DNA of 64,000 nucleotides from assembly GCA_014161675.1 (NCBI GenBank), contig GCA_014161675.1_4760.1, one strand, 5' to 3'. The translations under genes were made by a program, and so were the position numbers. Shown piece after piece: positions 11,701 to 20,955 of this stretch (the first letter of the stretch is position 1; the number at the start of each line of letters is the position of its first letter). Source of the stretch: a phage. The notes under the pieces are model-generated. The model was not told where the DNA came from, made no database searches, and saw nothing but the letters and a program-made list of their open reading frames with translations.

Positions 11701-11839
11701 ATTTGCAATGAGTCCACTGTTTGACCAGTCGGCGGTAACATTCTCTATGTTCCGTGAACTTGTAGATAAACGGTTGAAGGATAATATAGGGAATCCACGC
11801 GATCCGAAGAATCCGACACAGAGGAAAATTAATGGCTAA
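8753..11839 (+). CDS. 7: Baseplate wedge initiator gp7
   Basis: 1028 aa (T4 gp7 ~1032 aa), overlapping start with gene 6 stop. Confidence 0.85.
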   Translation: MIKAPSVTSLTIEKLSANQAYITWDDVGENFFYFVELAETRTRDGEIIPVDELSWVNLGYTADQNWFEDKNLFPEYYYKFRVAVAAEGFEQSKWVETEEFQTFKTNAYNFSMMREFNLANEFIKEKFTYDNREYVKFNTDLIQASLMKEDFVFSPEYANMTNISNYIVVDENFHEIQDHIEKVCTDINRTMLAEMNGVLYLFERFQPIVKVSNDKGQSWKAYKAFNDRVGNPVSRTCVYQSKTTTYVLGYDRIFYGRQASDTRWSADDVRFSDDTITFAKVGDENDLGFDVEVFGVFSRLTGDTTKYAEAMACSDDYLWVGAKDVIRRIRLKNTPVDTVQGSPTFGEKIFDPDVIRVTGNDKAVIQKMDVIDGKLLVFVTGEVKQRYQDPTKPENVVPSDDAGVYLIGSDGLSFQRVFGNTPQEREYIQHGFSNMSTNGDEVFISHYNHHFESILPDPETAEKYELGEAVKYSQEPTYLTDKKIHQTTFRASYDDLRIWELGPQAYYNEADYTWMRRNGVRVWITNDNRPLVVYPEVIYTQEVDTSGILDQNRVNREVYDKGTVTCYLNNVKFEGFKQYASGVMFHKNTGEIIGFYQFNYRVRDQVGVYWKPTNVAFVAELQNQVREVPWVPVHYDREQDPDLRPLLNKMTPDSFLLENENFRKFSEYYLQFLSDGSGTYYNKLKNLIKNKYPREKDAYEYLWSEMNKRNIYADKNKRDAVVRFFESRKSDFYSTKGVEASYKFLFKLLYNEDVEIEVESQAGLEYDIVVSSTNIDEDIVGRTIYTPTGRANVTYLEREYEGGRLRWRVTIHNLIGRFEEGQVIKSEKTAFEGMILVGVRGKELLSSSIDYINRSRSQYTMKIKSALPVSRYANDVMRFVHPVGFGFIGVTLLTMFINSGLSMKHTETIIQSLKNYKFDSGLPSVYPDRVADLDVDGNIKKDPLTGKALYLTSPLIGEEFPVPPEYDQENSELFHGLKASERRFAMSPLFDQSAVTFSMFRELVDKRLKDNIGNPRDPKNPTQRKING

Positions 11840-12827
11840 TGAAAATAGTGTGATCTATCGCTCAATCATTACTAGTAAATTCAGAACGGAAAAACTTCTG
11901 AATTTCTATAATTCTGTAGGCGATGAGGCAAATCAAATTACAATTTATGGAACGTTTGGACGTTCGGAGCCGTGGTCAGAAAACGAAAAAGAGGTGGGCT
12001 TTGCCCCACCTTATCCGACCGATTCAACGGCTGGTGTTGTTGACATGTGGACCCATATGATGGGGGCGGTTAAGATTAACAAATCACTTCTTGATGCGGT
12101 TATCCCTCGTAAAGATTGGGGTGATACCGGACAGGATAACCCGCGCACATTCTTTATCAATGACATTGTTGTTGTCAACTCAGCACCATATAACAGAACT
12201 GATGTTGGTAGCGGCTGGATGGTGTATCGCGTAACCGATGTTCCTGATCGCGGTTACTGCTCGATTTCAAGCATTGACGCTAAAGTAGAGTGTTTGAAGT
12301 TGGGCGGAAAGTGGACCCCCACTCATGAATCAATTGCGCCACCTGTAGGAAAGGGCGATTCTATTGATATGGGTGATGGGTATCGTTGGGAATATCTGTA
12401 CACAATTCCACCTGATGCGGCGATCAACCGTTGCACCAATGAACATATTGTTGTACCGTTCCCCGATGAACTGCGACAAGATCCGGCGCGTTGGGGTTAT
12501 GACAATGTGATCACCTGGTATAATGACTATAATCTGCTTTATCGGCTGAAAGTAGTAACTTTGCGTTTTCAGGCTTATATGGACTCTGCGCAATTCCCAA
12601 CTACCGCGTTAGTGGGTAATACTGGTTTCCGTCAGTTAAGCATTATCCTTAACCCATTGGAAAAGAAAGCACGCCCTAGCGATCCAGACGTTAAAGCGGT
12701 CAAAGATAAGTACCGACCGCAAGACTTAGAGCCACACTCAGGCGAAATGATCTACATGGAAAACCGACAACCTATCGTTCGGTCATTAGATCAAACAGAA
12801 CTTGTTTCTGTATTGTTTGAGTTCTAA
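11832..12827 (+). CDS. 8: Baseplate wedge protein gp8
   Basis: 331 aa (T4 gp8 ~334 aa), conserved order. Confidence 0.85.
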   Translation: MANENSVIYRSIITSKFRTEKLLNFYNSVGDEANQITIYGTFGRSEPWSENEKEVGFAPPYPTDSTAGVVDMWTHMMGAVKINKSLLDAVIPRKDWGDTGQDNPRTFFINDIVVVNSAPYNRTDVGSGWMVYRVTDVPDRGYCSISSIDAKVECLKLGGKWTPTHESIAPPVGKGDSIDMGDGYRWEYLYTIPPDAAINRCTNEHIVVPFPDELRQDPARWGYDNVITWYNDYNLLYRLKVVTLRFQAYMDSAQFPTTALVGNTGFRQLSIILNPLEKKARPSDPDVKAVKDKYRPQDLEPHSGEMIYMENRQPIVRSLDQTELVSVLFEF

Positions 12828-12840
12828 GTGTATGATTTAA

Positions 12841-12869
12841 AAGCCAATTCGAGAGAGTTGGCTTTTTCT
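12841..12869 (+). terminator. Rho-independent terminator after gene 8
   Basis: AAGCCAA-loop-TTGGCTT hairpin followed by TTTTT. Confidence 0.6.
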
Positions 12870-12879
12870 ATTTTGGGTG

Positions 12880-12907
12880 TTGACAATCTTGTCTGATAAG
12901 GTATAAT
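12880..12907 (+). promoter_or_regulatory. Sigma70-type (phage early-like) promoter
   Basis: TTGACA, 16-nt spacer, TATAAT; about 30 nt upstream of ORF 12937. Confidence 0.65.
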
Positions 12908-12936
12908 GATCACATCTAAACAACGGAGGATAAATT

Positions 12937-13194
12937 ATGGCACGTCGTAAATTTACAGATAATTGTGAAGCAATTCAGGTATCCCCTTGCGGTTGGGATG
13001 TGATCGCGAACGGTGAAAAGATCGGAGAGATCATCGATCATACTCATTCATCACTAGCCGATTACACCGATGAACTATGGGAGGGTATCAACTTCATGAA
13101 TGACACTAAACGATTCAAGACTATCGACGAAGCTATCTATTTTGTGTATAATCCAACTTTCGGTATGTGGGGTAATAGAAAATGGCACGCGTAA
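12937..13194 (+). CDS. Hypothetical protein (inserted cassette between genes 8 and 9)
   Basis: 85 aa ORF with GGAGG RBS; no T4 counterpart at this site. Confidence 0.55.
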   Translation: MARRKFTDNCEAIQVSPCGWDVIANGEKIGEIIDHTHSSLADYTDELWEGINFMNDTKRFKTIDEAIYFVYNPTFGMWGNRKWHA

Positions 13195-13514
13195 ATATTA
13201 AATTGCATTACACAATGAATAAAGCTAAGTTCCCAATGCAAAAGCATTACTATGGTCTACGTGCACAAGATCCTAAACTCTATGGTACTCATTGGTTTTG
13301 TAAACATGATAACCAATGGCACACATACGAAGAAATGCACGAGATGATGAAACAGGGTATTGAATTTAGTTATTCTAATTATGACCATCGTATAACTTGC
13401 ATTCGAAAATTGAAACGATGGATTCGTAAGAATCCGCAATTTAAAAACTTTGTGTTCTTTATGTCTCATGTTTATTTGGGGCATAGCGTTACCGTCACAG
13501 CAAAGGTTAAATAA
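13182..13514 (+). CDS. Hypothetical protein (inserted cassette)
   Basis: 110 aa ORF, overlapping start/stop with neighbours. Confidence 0.5.
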   Translation: MARVNIKLHYTMNKAKFPMQKHYYGLRAQDPKLYGTHWFCKHDNQWHTYEEMHEMMKQGIEFSYSNYDHRITCIRKLKRWIRKNPQFKNFVFFMSHVYLGHSVTVTAKVK

Positions 13515-14353
13515 TGGCACGACTTTCTAAACAAGAACAAAAATTACACGATCGGGTGATGGAGTTGATTAATTCAGATCGCCCATTGACATATGAAGAA
13601 AAAGAATTTTGCTATAATAACTATCATGGCGATGGTCTAGGCGGTTCAGGTGCATTCTTTACCCCAGAAGGGCTTGCATGGGATTTTACCATCGATGCAC
13701 ATTGCACAGGAAAAGTATTAGATCTTTGTGCTGGGATCGGTCGCTTATCTTTTTGTATGTTACATCGTTGTAAGCCAGAAAAGATCGTATGCGTCGAACT
13801 CAATCCAGAATTTGCGCGGATTGGCAAGAGACTATTACCGGAGGCAGAATGGATCACCAGCGATGTATTCGAATTTGAGTCAAACGAAAAATTCGATGTG
13901 GTGATCAGCAATCCACCTTTCGGGAAAATCAATACAACCGACACAAAGGATGTATTTGAGTACACTGGCGGTGAGTTTGAATTTAAGGTTATGACATTAG
14001 GCCAGAAGTTTGCCGATGTAGGTTATTTTATTGTTCCTTCTGGTTCCGCTGGTTTTGCTTATTCCGGCAGACCTTATTATGACGGGACCATGAAGTCTAA
14101 TAAATATCTAAAATGGAGCAAACAAACTGGTTTGGTGACTTATGCCGGATGTGGGATCGATACATCAATCTATCGCGATGAATGGCATAGTACAAACGTT
14201 TTAACAGAAGTGGTTGAGGTTCGGTATTACGAGAAAGAAGCCGTAGAAGCGCCTAAAACACGTCCTAACGAACAAATAGAAGAAAGTAAGGAGATTACCT
14301 TACCGAAACAGGAAAGCGAGTCTGGGACGCTCTCAGATTTGTTTGACATTTAA
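13514..14353 (+). CDS. Putative SAM-dependent N6-adenine DNA methyltransferase (gamma-class-like)
   Basis: Motif order FFTP (motif X), VLDLCAGIGRLS (motif I), VISNPPFG (motif IV NPPF). Confidence 0.6.
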   Translation: MARLSKQEQKLHDRVMELINSDRPLTYEEKEFCYNNYHGDGLGGSGAFFTPEGLAWDFTIDAHCTGKVLDLCAGIGRLSFCMLHRCKPEKIVCVELNPEFARIGKRLLPEAEWITSDVFEFESNEKFDVVISNPPFGKINTTDTKDVFEYTGGEFEFKVMTLGQKFADVGYFIVPSGSAGFAYSGRPYYDGTMKSNKYLKWSKQTGLVTYAGCGIDTSIYRDEWHSTNVLTEVVEVRYYEKEAVEAPKTRPNEQIEESKEITLPKQESESGTLSDLFDI

Positions 14354-14358
14354 TTATA

Positions 14359-14384
14359 AGCCGTCCTTGTGGGCGGCTTTTTTG
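14359..14384 (+). terminator. Rho-independent terminator after methyltransferase cassette
   Basis: AGCCGTCC-ttgt-GGGCGGCT hairpin followed by TTTTTT. Confidence 0.65.
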
Positions 14385-14393
14385 TATGTATTT

Positions 14394-14401
14394 TATAAAT
14401 A
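14394..14401 (+). promoter_or_regulatory. T4-type late promoter (TATAAATA) for gene 9
   Basis: Exact TATAAATA 28 nt upstream of gene 9 ATG. Confidence 0.6.
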
Positions 14402-14428
14402 ATACATCATAACATGAGGAATTAAACA

Positions 14429-15283
14429 ATGGCACAAGTTCCAAAGAAAAGAATAGACACAGGTACTGTCGGCAATCCATCGACTGGCGATATCTTATAT
14501 GATGGCGGTAATAAAATTAACGATAACTTTGATTCAATATATGACGCATTTGCTGATCAGAGGTTTAAAGACGTAGACCACGGCGTGGGAAGAATGGTTA
14601 TTCATGCAACCGGATACTATCAGAAGCATCCACGTCAAAGCTACGCGGGTTCCGCTGTTGAGATTGGGAGTCTACACGATATCGATACAACTCAAGGCGC
14701 ACTTATTGCTATTCTACCTAAAGCAAAGGTCGGCGAGGGTGTTGTATTCATAAATAGTAACGGTAGCCTTTCAACGACGACACCTCTCAATATTCGAACT
14801 CAAGCAGGTGATTCTATTAGCGGTTATTCCGGTGATGCTACAATAACACAACCATTTTCAAAAGTCACTGTTTGGTGTACTGCCGTTGAAGGTAGTCGCG
14901 TAACATGGCGATTGGGTATCGAAAGTATGTTTACCGATACAACAACGCCATTAGATAAAACAGTTAACGTAACTGGAGTAGCAACAAACGTTGCTATTGC
15001 CGCAAAAACAGAATACGTTTCCATCAAATTATTAACTACCGCTAGCAATACATCCGGTTCAAAAATGCGTTCAAGTGAAACGCTACTGATGATTGATTCT
15101 AAAGCCGGAAAAGTTTATGCGACGGAATATGCAGTTTTGCAGAAGACAGAAGATGAACTATACACGGTTCGTTATTTCATCGGTTCCGGCGATAAAGTAT
15201 ATGCAGAGTATAAGGCTACTGGCGAAAATATTCGTTTAGCAGTTAAAGCCGTAGACACTATTAAAATCGGGGTTGCTACATGA
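14429..15283 (+). CDS. 9: Baseplate wedge / long tail fibre connector gp9
   Basis: 284 aa (T4 gp9 288 aa), conserved order 9-10-11-12. Confidence 0.8.
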   Translation: MAQVPKKRIDTGTVGNPSTGDILYDGGNKINDNFDSIYDAFADQRFKDVDHGVGRMVIHATGYYQKHPRQSYAGSAVEIGSLHDIDTTQGALIAILPKAKVGEGVVFINSNGSLSTTTPLNIRTQAGDSISGYSGDATITQPFSKVTVWCTAVEGSRVTWRLGIESMFTDTTTPLDKTVNVTGVATNVAIAAKTEYVSIKLLTTASNTSGSKMRSSETLLMIDSKAGKVYATEYAVLQKTEDELYTVRYFIGSGDKVYAEYKATGENIRLAVKAVDTIKIGVAT

Positions 15284-17082
15284 AACAATTAATTAATATC
15301 GGTAACGTTGTTGATGACGGTACAGGTGATTATCTAAGAAAAGGCGGTCAAAAGATTAATGACAACTTTTCTGAACTTTATACTAAGCTGGGGGATGGTG
15401 ATATCCCTCATGCATCCGGCGCGTGGAAAACTCACACACAACCAGTATTAAAACCAAATTTTGGTGATGCATGGGCGATTAATACAACGAACAACGCTGT
15501 TTCTGTTGAATTGCCTAAAGGAAGCGCGAGTGATTATAATAAAACAATTAAACTTCGTGATGTTTGGCGCTCATGGGCTGCACATAACGTAACGTTGAAG
15601 CCAGCACAAGGTGATACCATTAAGGGATCTCCAATCGACCGTGAGTTGTATAAAGATTTCATGGATGTTGAATTGGTTTATTGTGCGCCCGGACGTTGGG
15701 AATATGTCGAAAATAAACGAGTAGATACTATCACCACTTCCGATTTAAGCACAGTCGCTAAGGAAGTTTATATTGCAACCGAAGGACAAACAGACTTCCC
15801 TAATGTGTTTGGTTCCAATACTTACAATATTCGAAATGTTGAAGTGTATTATCGCGGTAACTTGCTTTATTATGGCAAGGATTTAACCGATGATTCTAAC
15901 TATGGTTCAATCGGTGAAAACGGTGATATTGTTCCTCTGGACGGTAAAAGCATTAAATTACGCTTCCCTTGTTCGGCGGGTGATACCATTCAAATCATCA
16001 CTTATATGGACGGTATCGCATCCTTCCGGTCAAGCTATATTACTCATACAATCCGCGTTTATGAAACAGGAATGACCACTTTTGAATCCATCCCTGGTGA
16101 AGTTTGGGTCGGTGAACTTGCTAATAAGAAAGAGTTTACTAATGCTGAATTAGGCGTAAGTAAGCGAGATCTTATTAATCCAAATTCATTTGAATTGCTG
16201 ATCAACGGCACACAAATGATTAAAGCGGGTGATGCGGATTTACCTTCCTTTATTTGTGAAGGTGCTGACGGTGAAACGGAAGAAACCTGCGTACTTGCTG
16301 GCGGTCAATGGGTGGAATCTGGTGAAGATTATTCATTAATGTTTGACGAAAACAGCGTGGTGACTGGTATTAAATTATCTAAAGCACTAGATAACAGAGA
16401 CACTATCACAATTCGCTGGTTTAATAATGATATCGGAACATTAATGGAATGGGACGGTGTAGGCGGTATTAAAGAAAAAGCAGATAAAATCTATCTTAAT
16501 AACGAAGATGAAGTTACTCTGACAAATCGAATTGAATATACCGATTTCCAGAATCCAAGCCAAGCAACTAAACGCCCAATGGAAGATTATACAGGTCGTG
16601 TGATGGATATATATTCCATCTTTGATATTTTCCATCCTATAGGCACAATTTATGAAAACGCGCATAACCCAGCTAACCCGGCGACATATATGGGAATTGG
16701 TACATGGGTACGTTATGCGGAAGGAGAATTTCTGGCTGGTTGGTCTTCTGACGCAAGCGATCAAAACTTCGCACTAAACAACAACGATCTTGATACACAT
16801 GGTCAACCTACACACACCGCAGGTGGTAACGGTGGTGATGTTGCATACCAGATCAAGAAAAATATGATTCCTGAATTACAGAGCAACGATCGAGTTCTTG
16901 TAAAAGATGATAACGGAAATATTATTATCGGTGGTTGTCAGGTAGACCCTGATGCAGTAGGTCCAGCGTTTACCAAATATCGAGAAGATAATGTTAAGGT
17001 TAATCAGGGAAATACCGATCCATCAATGATGGGTATTCTTCCTCCATACAGAACTGTCTATCGTTGGCTAAGGGTAGGTTAA
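15280..17082 (+). CDS. 10: Baseplate wedge / short tail fibre attachment protein gp10
   Basis: 600 aa (T4 gp10 602 aa). Confidence 0.8.
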   Translation: MKQLINIGNVVDDGTGDYLRKGGQKINDNFSELYTKLGDGDIPHASGAWKTHTQPVLKPNFGDAWAINTTNNAVSVELPKGSASDYNKTIKLRDVWRSWAAHNVTLKPAQGDTIKGSPIDRELYKDFMDVELVYCAPGRWEYVENKRVDTITTSDLSTVAKEVYIATEGQTDFPNVFGSNTYNIRNVEVYYRGNLLYYGKDLTDDSNYGSIGENGDIVPLDGKSIKLRFPCSAGDTIQIITYMDGIASFRSSYITHTIRVYETGMTTFESIPGEVWVGELANKKEFTNAELGVSKRDLINPNSFELLINGTQMIKAGDADLPSFICEGADGETEETCVLAGGQWVESGEDYSLMFDENSVVTGIKLSKALDNRDTITIRWFNNDIGTLMEWDGVGGIKEKADKIYLNNEDEVTLTNRIEYTDFQNPSQATKRPMEDYTGRVMDIYSIFDIFHPIGTIYENAHNPANPATYMGIGTWVRYAEGEFLAGWSSDASDQNFALNNNDLDTHGQPTHTAGGNGGDVAYQIKKNMIPELQSNDRVLVKDDNGNIIIGGCQVDPDAVGPAFTKYREDNVKVNQGNTDPSMMGILPPYRTVYRWLRVG

Positions 17083-17083
17083 T

Positions 17084-17728
17084 ATGATTTCTAAAACACG
17101 TTCAAAAGCTAGTGTATTTTCCAGCGATGCGGCGTTTATTTCATACGATCCAGGATCGAAAGATCCTGTTATCGGTGGTTCTCGTCCAATTGGTGGCGTT
17201 AATGTCGATCAATCAAGAAAAGGTTCCTATGTAAACAACGTTCAATCTGCAATTGATGACCTTTATTCATTGTCAATGATCCGAATTGGTGATGTGTTGG
17301 TTACAACCGACTCAACTCCACCACAAGCCGCAGGACAGATTGAAACTCTGTCATTTTCTGGTTCTGTTAACAATCAGCATAATCCAGACGCAAACAAAGT
17401 ATTAATTGATGTTTTGGGTTATCCATTTATTGTTGATGTTGGGTCTTCCGGCGTTTCTCTATGTGAGAAAGTAACGGAAAAATTTACCGAACTAATGAAT
17501 AAAAACATTATGTTCAAAGAAGTAAAAAGAAAAGGAAGTAGCAACGACCAATTAGAAATTCATTATATCGATTCTCTTGAACACCCACCAACCGATATTA
17601 ACAAGTACGGAATTACAATCACAGGAAATGTTGATTCTCCTGCTCGTGTTGGTTATGGTTCATGGTCTCGAATGGGTACAGAAGAGAAATTTGGAACTAC
17701 CCTATATTATTTCAAACGTATTGCATAA
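17084..17728 (+). CDS. 11: Baseplate wedge protein gp11
   Basis: 214 aa (T4 gp11 219 aa). Confidence 0.8.
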   Translation: MISKTRSKASVFSSDAAFISYDPGSKDPVIGGSRPIGGVNVDQSRKGSYVNNVQSAIDDLYSLSMIRIGDVLVTTDSTPPQAAGQIETLSFSGSVNNQHNPDANKVLIDVLGYPFIVDVGSSGVSLCEKVTEKFTELMNKNIMFKEVKRKGSSNDQLEIHYIDSLEHPPTDINKYGITITGNVDSPARVGYGSWSRMGTEEKFGTTLYYFKRIA

Positions 17729-17739
17729 GGTGATGTATA

Positions 17740-19140
17740 ATGGCAAACAATACTATTAACCATGTAAAAGACGATGCTCAATACGTCAAGTTTAACCCTG
17801 TAAATGATTGGCCTCAAAGCATTACCAACGTACAAGCGGCTTTAGCCGCTATTAATGGCTTTGCCGTAAATGGATTACCGGACGCTACGGAAGATACAGC
17901 CGGGATCGCTGCAATCGCAACTCAGGAAGAAGTAAACGACGGCACTGTAGACAATAAGATCGTGACTCCAAAAACACTAGCTGTTAAAATGTCACGTCCA
18001 GATGCTACAAAAGAAGTAAAAGGCATTACCCGATTTGCCACGATGGAAGAATCGCTGCAAGAGAGCAACGAGAACATGGCAATCGGTCCAGACACACTAA
18101 ACCATTACTTCACCACTAAAAAGGCGTCAGAGAGCGTTCAGGGGACTATTAAGATATGTTCTCTTGAGGCGGCAAAGATTGGCAGTGATGACACAATGGC
18201 AGTAACACCGAAAAAGATGCACACTGCCATTGCACAGATTGTGCCGGGATTAATTCCAGATCAAAACACAGCAACCGAAAGCGCACAGGGTTTAGTTCAG
18301 TTAGCAACTAATGCGCAGGTTTTACAAGGCCAGATTCGAGAAGGTTTTGCAATTAGCCCTTATGCATTTGCAAATGCTCGCGCCAATGAGAATCAGGCGG
18401 GTACTGTTAAGATCGCCAGCCAGTCACAGATGAATGCTGGTTCAGATGATACTGTAGTTGTTTCTGCTAAGAAGTTTGCAAGCACTAAGGCAACAACGTC
18501 TCAATACGGCATTGTTAAACTACGAGACACCGTAGGAAGTGAGGCTAACGCTGCACTATCAGCAAATGCTAAGGTTCTTCCTAGCACTGGCGGTACGGTA
18601 AGCGGAAACGTCTATAAAGGTTCAAACTCAGACGGCAACCAGTTTGTTACTAAAAATGAATTAGCGAATCACGCAATGCCAATTGGTGGTATTATCCTTT
18701 CTGGATTCAATGCCGATCGAGGTGACTTTCTGATCTGTAATGGTCGTTCACTGAATAAAAATCAATATCCGCAATTATTTTCTGCGATTGGTTATACCTT
18801 TGGTGGTTCAGGTGACAATTTTAATCTTCCTGATATGCGCGGTTTAGTTGCTCGTGGTTGCGATCATGGAAGAAACCTTGATCCAGGTCGTCGATTTGGT
18901 TCTTATCAAGAAGACGCAATGCAGAGAATTACTGGTAAATTCCCTGTAGCTGACCGCTGGCGCGGTTGGTATGGTGGCGCATTTACTGCACAGCGCGGTC
19001 AATGGAGCACGAACTATAAAAACGGTGGTGGTGATGATTGGGGTTCTACTGTTAACTTTGATTCAGGAAGATCCGTAAGAACGGCTAACGAGACTCGCGT
19101 CAAGAGTCTGGCATTAAACTATATCATAAGGGTGCGCTAA
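17740..19140 (+). CDS. 12: Short tail fibre protein gp12
   Basis: 466 aa fibrous protein with repeated (T/S)xx(V/A)KxA-type segments, between genes 11 and wac. Confidence 0.75.
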   Translation: MANNTINHVKDDAQYVKFNPVNDWPQSITNVQAALAAINGFAVNGLPDATEDTAGIAAIATQEEVNDGTVDNKIVTPKTLAVKMSRPDATKEVKGITRFATMEESLQESNENMAIGPDTLNHYFTTKKASESVQGTIKICSLEAAKIGSDDTMAVTPKKMHTAIAQIVPGLIPDQNTATESAQGLVQLATNAQVLQGQIREGFAISPYAFANARANENQAGTVKIASQSQMNAGSDDTVVVSAKKFASTKATTSQYGIVKLRDTVGSEANAALSANAKVLPSTGGTVSGNVYKGSNSDGNQFVTKNELANHAMPIGGIILSGFNADRGDFLICNGRSLNKNQYPQLFSAIGYTFGGSGDNFNLPDMRGLVARGCDHGRNLDPGRRFGSYQEDAMQRITGKFPVADRWRGWYGGAFTAQRGQWSTNYKNGGGDDWGSTVNFDSGRSVRTANETRVKSLALNYIIRVR

Positions 19141-20909
19141 TGATTGAACAATTAAACATCCACGAGATCCCACATGTTGACGGTGTACCAAGCGAAGGAC
19201 AGCACCGTATTAACTGGATCAAGAATGGCGAATGTTTAAGCGCAGCAACGACACAGACTGGCAATGACGGGACGCTTAACCGCGCCCCGGTTGCAATTCA
19301 AGAAAACGTTGCACGCGTAAACGAAAACGCAAAATCAACCGTCGCTAAAGTTAACGAGGTTGTAACGGCGGTTAACGATATTAAAACAACTTTAGGGGTA
19401 ATTTCTGACGGAAGTATCATTGATGTGGTTAACCAGACTGTCGCAAAAGTTGAATCCGTCGAAGATAACTTAGGAGAAACAGCAAGAACTCTACAAACAA
19501 CGGTAGACGCTGTATCAGAACTTAACATCAAGATTGGTGATCGCCCCGCTGCCGATCCTAGCACAAGAACAATCTATGATGACATTTCTTTCATCAAACA
19601 AGAAATGGGTTCTTATCCTAACTTTAATATCAATGGTTCCCCTGATGCTGGCAGTTCCGGTTCTGGCATCAAATACCGAGTTATTCAGAATACCGCAGCA
19701 TTAAATGACCACGGTCGCCGAATCATTCAGCTTGAAAACGACTGGCAAGATTCTGACGTCGGCGAGTTAACAAAACAAGTTAACAAAATGCGCAGTGAGA
19801 TCGGCGACACGTCTCTTGCAACACAAGAAAATGTGTATGTTCGTCTCCGCACCAACGCAAGAAACATTGCTAACTTATCAAACGAAGTTCTAGAAGTCAA
19901 GAAAGCAATTTTGTTTGATTCAATCCCTGATATCGGGACTAAAGTCACTACGCTGGGAACTAATTATGAACGTCTAAACAATGATGTTAATGGTGTAGAT
20001 TCCGGTATTCGTCCTCGTCTTCTGGCTGTCGAGAATAAGATCGGAACGCCTCAATCGGCTGGAAGCATTGACTATCGATTAACCAACACAGAGCGAGAAT
20101 TTTTAGATCTTAAACAGGTTGTTGGTGTAAGCGGTGCTGACGGTTTGCGCGGTGAAGTTGTTCGACTTTCCAATGAGATTGGCACTGACAGCGATCGACA
20201 TACTCTAGCCGGACGTATTAAAGTTGTAGAAAACACTCAGGGTCGGTTAGAAGCAAGCGTACAGGACATGGAACAGATTGTAGGTGATCGCGAATCAGGT
20301 TTGACCGCTGGCGTTATTAAACTATCAAGTGATATCTATGGCGATGATGGTTCAGAAGATCCATTTACTCAGAAAGGCGTGATTAAAATCGTCAAAGAGC
20401 TACAAACATCTAACGGAAACAAAGTAGATGATGTACCTGATGACGGTTTCCATTATCTGCGTAAGCGCGGAGAATGGGTGCAAGTTGCATATGCTGCTGG
20501 AGCATTTAAAAATACCGCAGATATTACGGTTGAGCTGGACGAACAGGATGTTTATAAACCGATTCCGCTTAACGACATGGCGGAAGAAGTTAATGCGCGT
20601 CAAATGGTGAAAAGTGAATCTGTTATTACCGTTCAGGACAAAGGTTTATTCCGTTGTGTATTCCGTTGTGATGTACAAGCTCAACATAATGCAACATTCA
20701 TTGTTGCGATTTTCAAAAATGGACAGATGGTACATGAAGCGAAAAATGGTCATTACGGAACAGACGAATTGATCAGCTATTCTACCAGTGCTTTCCTAAA
20801 TATTGAAACGGGAGATCAGATTAACATCCGTATTAAGGGTGTATCTGCCGAAGCAGTAGCACAGCCAGTACAAATTAAAGAGTTCCTCTTTGGGATTTCT
20901 CCGGTATAA
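19140..20909 (+). CDS. wac: Fibritin (neck whiskers, wac) with extra C-terminal domain
   Basis: Long heptad coiled-coil region; foldon-like DGFHYLRKRGEWVQV (T4 foldon DGQAYVRKDGEWV) followed by ~137 additional residues. Confidence 0.8.
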   Translation: MIEQLNIHEIPHVDGVPSEGQHRINWIKNGECLSAATTQTGNDGTLNRAPVAIQENVARVNENAKSTVAKVNEVVTAVNDIKTTLGVISDGSIIDVVNQTVAKVESVEDNLGETARTLQTTVDAVSELNIKIGDRPAADPSTRTIYDDISFIKQEMGSYPNFNINGSPDAGSSGSGIKYRVIQNTAALNDHGRRIIQLENDWQDSDVGELTKQVNKMRSEIGDTSLATQENVYVRLRTNARNIANLSNEVLEVKKAILFDSIPDIGTKVTTLGTNYERLNNDVNGVDSGIRPRLLAVENKIGTPQSAGSIDYRLTNTEREFLDLKQVVGVSGADGLRGEVVRLSNEIGTDSDRHTLAGRIKVVENTQGRLEASVQDMEQIVGDRESGLTAGVIKLSSDIYGDDGSEDPFTQKGVIKIVKELQTSNGNKVDDVPDDGFHYLRKRGEWVQVAYAAGAFKNTADITVELDEQDVYKPIPLNDMAEEVNARQMVKSESVITVQDKGLFRCVFRCDVQAQHNATFIVAIFKNGQMVHEAKNGHYGTDELISYSTSAFLNIETGDQINIRIKGVSAEAVAQPVQIKEFLFGISPV

Positions 20910-20917
20910 GAAATTAA

Positions 20918-20938
20918 AGGGGCGTTAAGCCCCTTTTT
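20918..20938 (+). terminator. Rho-independent terminator after wac
   Basis: AGGGGC-gttaa-GCCCCT hairpin followed by TTTTT. Confidence 0.65.
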
Positions 20939-20955
20939 CGTTTATAGGTGATATT

